64,000 bases of DNA, from positions 248,001 to 312,000 of the forward strand of contig JAWMAR010001184.1 in the NCBI GenBank assembly GCA_036785375.1, given 5' to 3'. Shown piece after piece: positions 55,505 through 64,000 of this stretch. The position numbers were made by a program, and so were the translations under genes. Below the pieces are notes generated by a model. The model ran no database searches, was not told the origin of the DNA, and was given only the letters and a program-made list of their open reading frames with translations. Origin of the DNA: Leucoraja ocellata (Eukaryota). How positions within the stretch are numbered: the first letter of the stretch is position 1; each line of letters starts with the position of its first letter.

Positions 55505-55738
55505 CTCCCAACTTCTATACTCAATACTCTGACTGATGAAGGCCAAAGTGCCAAAATACTTTTTGACCACCTGATATACCTGCGACACGACCTTCAAGGA
55601 ACCATGCAACCATCAACCATTCCTCTGCCCACCTGGCTAATTGATCCAGATCCTGCTGCAATCTTTCACAACCATCTTCACTATCTGCAAAACCACTCAC
55701 TTCTGTATCATCAGCAAACTTGCTAATCTTGCCCTGTT
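55505..55738 (-). mobile_element. inverted CR1 RT fragment
   Basis: The minus strand encodes QGKISKFADDTEVSGFADSEDGCERLQQDLDQLARWAEEWL, containing the RT FADD motif. Confidence 0.8.
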
Positions 55739-55783
55739 CTATGACGTTTCACAGAGTGCTGGAACAACTCAGCGGGTCAGGCT

Positions 55784-56363
55784 GAGTATAGAAGTTGGGA
55801 GGTCACGTTGCAGTTGCATAAGAAATTGGTGAGGCCGCATTCAGAGTATTGTATTCAGTTCTGGGCACCATGTTATACGAAAGATGTCATCAAACTGGAA
55901 AGGGTACAGTGAAGATTTACGAGGATGTTGCCAGGACTAGAGGGCCAGAGCTATAGGGAGAGGTTGAGTAGGCTGGGACTCTATTTCATGGAGCACAGGA
56001 GGATGAGGGATGATCTAATAGAGGTGTATAAAATCATGATTTGGATAGATATGGTTGAGTCTTTTGCCCAGAGTAAGTGAATCGAGGAGCAGAGGACATA
56101 AGTTTAAGGTGAAGGGCAAAAGATTTAATAGGAATCTGAGGGGTATGTTTTCCACACAAAGGGTGGTAGGTGTATGGAACAAGCTGTCAGAGGAGGTAGT
56201 TAAGGCAGGGACTATTACAACATTTAAGAAACAGTTAGACAGGTACATGGATAGGACAGATTCGGAGGAATATGGATCAAACGTGGGCAGGTGGGACTAG
56301 TGCAGATGAGACATGCTGGGCCGAAGGGCCTGTTTCCACACTGTATCACTCTATGACTCTATC
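55784..56363 (+). mobile_element. CR1 LINE 3' fragment
   Basis: Encodes LVRPHSEYCIQFWAP...RFTRMLPGL...RGHKFKV...FSTQRVVGVWNKL; tail GGGCCGAAGGGCCTGTTTCC...CTCTATGACTCTAT. Confidence 0.88.
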
Positions 56364-56364
56364 T

Positions 56365-56640
56365 ATCTTTCCCTCTCAAACCCATTTTCCTGCCTTCTCC
56401 CCATTACCTCCGACACCGGTATCAATCAAGAATCTATCAATCTCCTCCTGAAAAATGTCCATTGACTTGACCTCCACAGCTGTCTGTAGCAATGAATTCC
56501 ACAGTTCACCACCCTCTGACTTAAGAAATTCCTGCTCATCTCCTTCCTAAAGGAATGTCTTTTAATTCTGAGGCTGTAGCCATTGGTCCTAGGTTCTCCC
56601 AGTAGTGGAAACACCCCATCCAAATCCACTCCATCCAGGT
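56365..56640 (-). mobile_element. CR1 LINE 3' fragment
   Basis: The minus-strand ORF GEPRTNGYSLRIKRHSFRKEMSRNFLSQRVVN is a CR1 ORF2 C-terminus. Confidence 0.8.
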
Positions 56641-56819
56641 TTTTACCAGGCTGGGACAGACGGCAACAGCTTCACACCGTGCACCAAAGCTTGTGTCCTG
56701 TCCTGCATCACCCAAGGCAGCAGAGACGTTATAGGAGAGGGCAAGCACCGAAACAAAGTAGCTCACGATGGTTTGGGTAACATTCAGTAATGTCTATGCA
56801 TGTCACATCATGAATATTA

Positions 56820-57040
56820 CTGAAGAACGGTCTTGACTCGAAATATAATCTATACCTTTTCTCCAGAGATGCTGCCTGACTCACTGAGTTACTCCAGCAC
56901 TCTGTGACATGTCACCTATCCATGTTCTCCAGAGATGCTGCCTGACCTGCTGAGTTACTCCAGCACTCTGTGAAACGTCATCTATTCATATTCTCCACAG
57001 ATGCTGCCTGACCCACTGAGTTACTCCAGCACTTTGTGAC
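56820..57040 (+). repeat. Penelope-derived sequence with three tandem 66-bp units
   Basis: CTCCAGAGATGCTGCCTGAC..CTGAGTTACTCCAGCAC at 56861, 56927 and 56993, preceded by CTGAAGA..GAAA. Confidence 0.8.
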
Positions 57041-57079
57041 TATTTTCCCTGTATCAATGCTGTGGCATTGATACAGTGA

Positions 57080-58180
57080 TGATGCCAGCAACGGTTGCAA
57101 GGAGGATGTTGAGGGGCTTCAGGGATATATATAGACAGATGATGTGAATGGGCAAGGATATGGCAGAAAAGTCACTTTTGTATAAAATTAGAAAAATAGA
57201 GCATTTTTAAATGGTAAAATATGAAACGGTATTAGTGTTTGGAGGGGCATGGGTGACCTTGTGCACAATTCACTGAAGGTCAACACATAGGTAGGTACAG
57301 AAAATTAGGAAGACAATTTTAGAGTCATTGAGTAATATAGCACAGAAAAAGTTTTTTCAGCCGAATGCATCCATGTCAACAGATGCCCATCTACGCTTGT
57401 CCCATTAGCTCTGAATAAGACATAACCCTCTAAACCTTTCCTATCCATCTACCTGTCCACAAATCTATTAAATATTGTTATTGTACCTGTCTCAACCATT
57501 TCCTCTGGCAATTGTTCCATCTTGCACCAACCTCTGTGTGAATAAGTTGCCCTTCAGGATCCTTTTAAATGTTTTAAATGCACTCAATATCTAACTGATG
57601 AATGCCAGTGTACCAAACACCTTCTTCACCACCATCTACCTGTGACGCCACTTTAAAAAAAGTATGTACTTGTACTCCCAGGTCCTTCTGTTCTAGGACA
57701 TACCCCAGGCTGTTCTAGGACATACCCCAGGCTGTTCTAGGACATACCCCATGCCCCTACCTTTCACTCTGAAGTCCGTTACCGGCTTGACTTTCCAAAT
57801 TAGAACATCTCACACCTCTCTGAATTTCTTTCCATTTGTCATTCCTCAGCTCACATCCAGTTGATTGAGATCTCGCTATAATGTTTGCCAAACATCTTCA
57901 CTGTTTATGATACCTTCTATTTTAGTAACATCTGCAAACTTACTAACTATGCCTTGTACATTCTCATCCAAATTATTTAAATAAATAACAAATAAACAAT
58001 GGAGCCAGCACCAATATATTTGGCATGCCAATAGTCATGGGTCTCCAGTCTGAAAAATAACCATCCTCCATCACCCTCTGCTTCCTACCAAGGAGCCAAT
58101 TATGTATCCAGCTAGCTCGTAATCTCCCTGACTAGCCTGCCATGCAGGACCTTGGCAAATGGCTCGCAAAATACCATTTA
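57080..58180. mobile_element. degenerate CR1 fragments (plus strand, then minus), with a 22-bp triplication at 57689-57750
   Basis: Minus strand encodes VSKFADVTKI near 57915-57947. TGTTCTAGGACATACCCCAGGC is repeated about three times. Confidence 0.6.
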
Positions 58181-58509
58181 CACAACAGTAGCACATTTTT
58201 GGAACTATATTCACAAGAAAACCGTGCAGACTCGTTTGCGGAGTATATTCGTAACTCACTAGATTTCTAGATATTAAACAAATAATACTGAGAGTGCAGG
58301 AAAGTGACATTATGGCAAATGATGTCGTGATCTTATTGGAAGATGGAACTGGCCTGAGAGGCCATATATGGCTTTCACTGCTTTTATTTCTCAGGAGACA
58401 CATTAATGGGAAGAAAAATATGTATGCATCTTCATATATCTTTAGATAAAGTGGACTTGACACTCTGAAAGTTTTACCATGCACCTGCTCAAAGTTCTAA
58501 CTACGCCTC

Positions 58510-58780
58510 AATTTAAACAAAACCGGTGCCAACTTTTATAATATCACTTTCAGCTGCTTGGGGGCATGTAAAGTGAAACTCAACATAACAGCACAGCTCA
58601 GAATTAACACATTGCTGATACGGTAGCCATCGCAACACATTGTATTCAATGCAACACGAGCAAGTGTGGATTGGCTGGTGCCCCCGGCCTTAGAGACTGT
58701 TGCCAACAACATTTCCTGCCGAAATTAACCGCAGATCCCGGGACACGAGTCGGTCCTCGCCGAACCGAACCGTGAGCCAG
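58510..58780 (+). promoter_or_regulatory. candidate ODAD1 promoter and non-coding first exon
   Basis: TAAACAAA forkhead motif near 58514, X-box-like GTAGCCATCGCAAC at 58623-58636, reverse CCAAT (GATTGG) near 58668, a CpG-rich stretch, and donor CAG|GTAGGA at 58780/58781. Confidence 0.5.
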
Positions 58781-59754
58781 GTAGGAAGTGAGAATCTCTC
58801 ATAGGTTACACCCAGATTTGCAAATTTGTTACAATAATCTAAACCTAATCTCGTAAACATTTCCAGTGCAGTCTCCATTAAACCATTTCACTGCATCGAA
58901 TCATGCATTACGATTCAAAATAATTTAAGGCTATTTCAACCAAAATGATTGCAAAAAGAACAAAGGTTCCCATTTCTTGCCCGGTCCAGTTTACTGGAAT
59001 TTCTTCATCTGAAAAATTTCCCCGAATATTTATAAAATTCCACTGAAGCTTCAGCGATAATCAATGCCAGTTCTTACTAATATTAGTTATCGTTGTGTTA
59101 TATTTTGCTCTGTCGATGCTTAATGTTTCTGAATGAAAGGACCAAAGTCAGTTCGAAATGGCATCGTGCAAATGCGCCGCGGTAACTTTCAGCGAGACTG
59201 GACAGGACGCTGGCCTGGGCACGATCGTGGAGCAACCGCGTTATGAGGGAAATCACTCACACTATTCCTGATCACGAATCTCCAGTGATTCTCGGGGCTT
59301 TCGAAAAACAGTCGAATTTAAGTAAATTCCTCCACAGTTGAGAAACTGAGTGATGTTTAAAACGCACTTTCCAAGAAACATTTGGACAGATGTAAGAATT
59401 TAGAGGAATGTATGGGCTAAATATGTCCCAAATAGGACGAACCTAGAATGCTAACGGTCGGCGTGGGCAAGGCGGGCAGAAGGGCACACAGCTCTATGAC
59501 TCTAATATATATTCCCCTCCCATGGGATCTTCTTTTTGCAAGTCAGGAGATGCCATATCTGCCATTTTCCATCCTCCTTTCACACTTTACTGGGCCTCAA
59601 ACTCTTAAGAAAACTTTTATTCTAAGAGGGTTGCACTACAAAATTAGAGAGGATTCGCTGTAACTATTGGAGGATGGTGAGATCACAGAAAAATTACTAC
59701 AGCAATGTCTTTTCTCCCTCTCGTCTAGATTCAGTCATCTCCCTCTGCTTACAG

Positions 59755-59945
59755 TTGTAGGAAAGAACTGCAGACGCTGGTTTAAACCGAAGAAAGACAC
59801 AAAATGTTGGAGTAACTGAGCGGGACAGGCAGCATCTCTGGAGAGAAGGAATGGTTAACATTTCGGCTGGACCATAAACGTCACCCATTTCTTCTATCCA
59901 GAGACGCTGCCTGTCCCACTGAGTTACTCCAGTATTTTGTGCTAT
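59755..59945. mobile_element. Penelope-derived inverted-repeat element
   Basis: The arm CACAAAATGTTGGAGTAACT...GGAATGGTTAACATTT is followed by its near reverse complement AAACGTCACCCATT...AGTTACTCCAGTATTTTGTG. Confidence 0.72.
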
Positions 59946-60294
59946 CGTCCCTCCACTTACGCCTCTAGGCAGATCATTTTCAATTACCAGACTCGCTCTC
60001 AGCCAGCACCACCTCTAATTTCACCAATGTGTGTTCTGGTCTCCATCCTAGTAACAAACACTCTCTATGTTCTCGCAATGAACACTCCCTATGCTCTCTC
60101 TCCATCCCTAACCTTCCTCTGAAATTTAAAATATGCATGTTTTCTATTGTTGCCAAGATCTGATCAGATCTTAAAATATCAGGTCTTTGACCAGGAACAT
60201 TAATCTGTTTCCGCCTCTACATATGCTGCCTGACCCGCTGAAAAATTCTAGAATCTGCAGTATTTTCTGCTTTATGACAGAAGTTCTATAAGCA

Positions 60295-61025
60295 GTTATT
60301 GTCTCCACATGAAGAAAGGATATACTTGTCTTGTGGGCAGATCAGAGAAGGTTTGAAAACATTATGAAAGTAAGCATGCAGGTACGGTAGGCAGTGAAGA
60401 AAGCGAATGGCATGTTGGGCTTCATAACAAGGGGAGTTGAGTATAGGAGCAAAGAGTCAGACCACACCTGGAGTATTGTGTGCATTTTCAGTCCCCTAAT
60501 TTGAGGAAGGACATTCTTATTGAGGGAGTACAGCGTAGGTTTACAAGGTTAATTCCCAGGATGGCAGGACTGTTGTATGCTGAGAGAATGGAACGGCTGG
60601 GTTTGTATACTCTGGAATTTAGTAGGATGAGAGGGGATCTTATTGAAACATATGATTATTAAGGGTTTGGACACGCTAGAGGCAGGAAACATGTTCCCGA
60701 TGTTGGGGGAGTCCAGAACCAGGGGCCACAGTTTAAGAATAAGTGGTAAGCCATTTAGAACGGAGTTGACGAAACACTTTTTCACACAGAGCTGTGAGTC
60801 TGTGGAATTCTCTGCCTCAGAGGGCGGTGGAGGCCGGTTCTATGGATACTTTCAAGAGCGAGCTAGATTGGGCTCTTAAACATAGGAGGATCTGGGGATA
60901 TGGGGACATGGGGAGAAGGCAGGAACGGGGTACTGATTGGGGATGATCAGCCATGATCACATTGAATGGTGGTGCCGGCTTGAAGGGCCGAATGGCCTAC
61001 TCCTGCACCTATTGTCTATTGTTTG
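60295..61025 (+). mobile_element. CR1 LINE 3' fragment
   Basis: Encodes EGVQRRFTRLIPRMAGL.YAERMERLGLYTLE...GESRTRGHSLRI; tail GGGCCGAATGGCCTACTCCTGCACCTATTGTCTAT. Confidence 0.88.
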
Positions 61026-61544
61026 CTAGATTTCCTCCTTGTTGCCAGTGGTTATATTATAAGGAAGAAATACACAGATTGGAGTTTAGATGAACTCCTT
61101 TGCTTGGTTGTTGCTGTGAGCATTTTAAAGAATCTTCTGTTAAAGAATCAGTGGGTAAAATCTCAGGATAAGATAACGACCATTTAAGACTCAGACACTG
61201 AGAGATTAGCTCTCTCCGAGGTCTGTGAGACAGAATGTGAGCCTGAAATCTTAAGTATACAGAAGCCTGTATGCAATGCCTTGATTATTTGTGTAATTTT
61301 GTAGGTGGGGAAGTGAACAGATAAGAAAACCATTGCCAGCATTGTCTGCATTCCAAAAGGCCTTTACAGACATTTGCTACAACCTAGAGAGCACTCAATC
61401 ACATGTACCTTATAAAGTTCTTGCTTTAAAACCACAACTGATACTAAATGCGCTATTCTGAGGCAAGTAGATTTTTGAGATATTAGATGGTTTGTGGAGA
61501 CCAGACAGAAACCAATGTGAATGGCAGATTAGTCGTGCTTTATT

Positions 61545-62015
61545 GTTCAAGAAAGAACTGCAGATGCTGAAAAATCAAAGGTAGACAAAATTGCTGGAGA
61601 AACTCAGCGGGTGCGGCAGCATCAATGGAGCGAAGGAAATAGGCAAAGTTTCGGGCCAAAACCCTTCTTCAGATTGATGCGGGGGGGGGGGGGGGGGGAT
61701 GGGCGCAGGAAGAAGAAAGGAAGAGGAGGAGCCAGAGGGCTGAGGGAGAGCTAAGAAGGGGAGGAGACAGCAAGGTCTACCGAAAATTGGAGAAGTCAAT
61801 GTTCAGGCCACCGGGATGCAGACTGACCAAGCGGAATATGAGGTGCTGCTCCTCCAGTTTCCGGTGGTGCTCACTCTGGCAATGGGGGAGGCCCAGGACA
61901 GAAAGGTCAGATTCGGAATGGGAGGGGGAAGTTGAAGTGCTGAGCCACAGGGAGATCAGGTTGGTTAATGCGGACCGAGCTGAGGTGTTCGGCAAAACGA
62001 TCGCCAAGCCTACCT
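61545..62015 (-). mobile_element. Penelope-like element 3' fragment: GIY-YIG endonuclease C-terminus plus terminal repeat with hammerhead-like core
   Basis: ORF 61777-62007 contains SHSESDLSVLGLPHCQSEHHRKLEEQHLIFRLVSLHPGGLNIDFSNF. Downstream on the minus strand lies CTGAAGA-AGGGTTTTGGCCC-GAAAC. Confidence 0.85.
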
Positions 62016-62169
62016 TGGTCTCAATACGCTTGGTCTCAAAACGCTTAGTCGTGATTTATTCATCATTGGAGCAAATGGCCTATTCCTTTCCATCTTCCTT
62101 TCAAGAGAAAAGCAATGCACTTATATATTTCAAATTTAGTATCGCATTGAAATGAGAGGGGAACTCCTA

Positions 62170-62510
62170 GAAACTATTAATGTTGTAACAGGACTGGACA
62201 CACTTGATACAGAGAGGATGTTCCCAGTGACCTGAGAGTCACAGCATCATATTTGAGAATCAGAAGAAATCCCTTCACACAAAGGGTGATTAACATGTGG
62301 GATTCTGCATCACAGAAGGTAGTGGAGGCCATGTCATTAACTGCATTTTCAATAAGGAGGTAGATATAGTTCTTAATGCCAAAAATATCATGAGATATGG
62401 GGGGAAAGTAGGAACACAATATTTAAGTGGATGATAAACCATGATTGTGGTGAATAGAGGAATAAACACAAGGAGTGAAATACCTACTCCTGCTCCTATT
62501 TTCATTATTT
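62170..62510 (+). mobile_element. degenerate CR1 3' fragment
   Basis: ...TTCACACAAAGGGTGATTAACATGTGGGATTCT...CCTACTCCTGCTCCTATTTTC. Confidence 0.65.
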
Positions 62511-62589
62511 CTATTTGGTGCTCGCAATGTGCTCCCTCCTACATTGGAGAAATGAAAAAACGCAGGCTGGGTATGCATTTGGTCTGCAG

Positions 62590-62745
62590 GGAGTACCTGA
62601 ACTGCCAGTAGCCTGTCAGTTTAATTCTCCATCACACTCTGACCTAACTTCTTTGCCTTTGGCTTCCTATGCTGTTCCACTGCAGCTCAACACTTCAACC
62701 ACAACAATTTGGTTCAAATTTGAATTCAATAGTTTCACATGATCA
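62590..62745 (+). mobile_element. degenerate Penelope GIY-YIG fragment
   Basis: PELPVACQFNSPSHSDL resembles the PVAxHFNSPSHS motif of Penelope endonucleases. Confidence 0.5.
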
Positions 62746-62983
62746 ACCACAACAATCTTGAATCTTGCATATCTGTCTTGTCTACAGATCCCAAGTATAG
62801 GATTAGTATTTGGGTTACTGTGGAATGCTGATTAATCAAAAATATCACAAAGCTTTTGGACATAGACTGCGTTCATAGCTCCCTTTATTAACTAACATGT
62901 CCATTGGAAGTAAGCTAGCCATTATTGTACAAAACATTATTCCAAAATATGTTTACGTTTCAGAGAGAACCTGGATGCATACT

Positions 62984-63047
62984 ATGCCTCGAGGGAGTGC
63001 ATCGAGTAATCGTTCCAATGGAAGCGATGGAGAAATGGAAGGGCTTG
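62984..63047 (+). CDS. ODAD1: outer dynein arm docking complex subunit 1 (CCDC114), first coding exon
   Basis: Acceptor TTTACGTTTCAG| ends at 62963, ACTATG start, encodes MPRGSASSNRSNGSDGEMEGL, donor G|GTAGGA (phase 1). An in-frame upstream ATG at 62975 has weaker context. Confidence 0.78.
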
Positions 63048-63218
63048 GTAGGAAATTTATGTACCCAGTTTAAATCTCAAATGTGCATGATGACGTAGCA
63101 CAGATTGATTTTAAAATCTTAATGATGTAGATTAATATTTTGGGGCAGTGGAATAATAATAGATAGATGCAAGTTTTTCTTTGAACATATCTCTAAGATT
63201 ACATTCATCTCCTTACAG

Positions 63219-63318
63219 CTGAAAGTGAGTTGGGAAAGCTGCAGCATCAGTTCAGAATCATGGAGGGAGATCGGCAGGCATATACCCTGGAGTCCCAGGA
63301 GCTGCTGAGGAAACAGTT
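63219..63318 (+). CDS. ODAD1: ODAD1/CCDC114 second coding exon (gene continues beyond the window)
   Basis: CCTTACAG| to TT|GTAAGT. AESELGKLQHQFRIMEGDRQAYTLESQELLRKQL resembles the recalled human ODAD1 segment [31 protein letters not shown]; the paralog CCDC63 is a weaker alternative. Confidence 0.82.
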
Positions 63319-64000
63319 GTAAGTGTCACCAGGGTACAGGATTCCATATGCAACAGATTGATGTTATTGTAGGACTGGTAGTTGGGATGTATGTGCCCAG
63401 GTAGAAATACTGTTTTGATAAAAAAATTACTGTGTAATGAGTCAGTGTCACTTATAACTGAAATAAACCTTTCAATTATTCAATTGGAAATTGCCAGTGA
63501 AATTAGAATTGATGAATGGGGGCGGGTATTCGGATAAAGTCAATTTCAAAGTCAATTTTATTTGTCACATGAACTTTTAAAGCCAAAACAAAAAGGAGGA
63601 TTTCAACCATTAAAACAGGTTTCACAGGAATGTTTCAGTGGTGGTTACTGAAGACAAGTCCAGTGGTTACTCTTATCAGACTTGTGCCATAGCTACACAG
63701 GCAGTACCCAGGTTACACAAGGGTTCCGATACAGAGAACTGACCATAAACTGAAATTTCCAATGTCAAAAACAAACAATTTACCCCAATACTATAATATG
63801 TGTAGATATTACAATCTTTGATGTGTAGACTTCGAACGTCAAAATACCTTGGCAGCAGTTTGGCTACAAATTTTGTTTGGAAGTATAATGATTAATTGAA
63901 TATGTCCATAATTGTACTGCTGAGTTTAAACTGTCGACGACTTCTGATTCCAGTCTTAACTGAGAATTTCTACAGGAAGGTTTGTGAATGTGTTTCATCT

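Noticed and set aside
54634-55609. Pro/Gly-rich collagen- or extensin-like ORFs
   Set aside because: Translations of the 20-bp minisatellite, open in several frames on both strands.
56640-56790. Unassigned stretch with short ORFs between repeats
   Set aside because: No recognisable protein motif or convincing splice pair, so no call can be supported.

Overview
Eukaryotic, intron-containing DNA. The CR1-type LINE and Penelope-like repeats suggest a cartilaginous fish such as a skate or ray; this is an inference. Positions 408-44618 form one uninterrupted 44,211-bp phase 1-1 coding exon. It holds about 30.6 tandem copies of a 1,425-bp (475-aa) Ser/Thr/Pro/Glu-rich unit and ends in an EGF-like domain. 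Eight small downstream exons (45033-52320) splice in frame and add a SEA domain with an intact G/SIII autoproteolysis motif, a second Cys-rich/EGF region, a transmembrane helix and a MUC3/12/17-type tail (WRPNLDKVD...IRAKRPEVV). Together they encode a giant membrane-tethered mucin of more than 15,000 aa; no start or signal-peptide exon was found, so it presumably lies upstream of the window. Downstream lie a repeat-containing 3' UTR, a GC-rich hairpin cluster and minisatellite, and many CR1 and Penelope fragments, some with hammerhead-ribozyme relics. The window ends with a candidate RFX/forkhead promoter and the first two coding exons of ODAD1 (CCDC114). All exon calls come from manual splice-site and phase reading; repeat boundaries are approximate.
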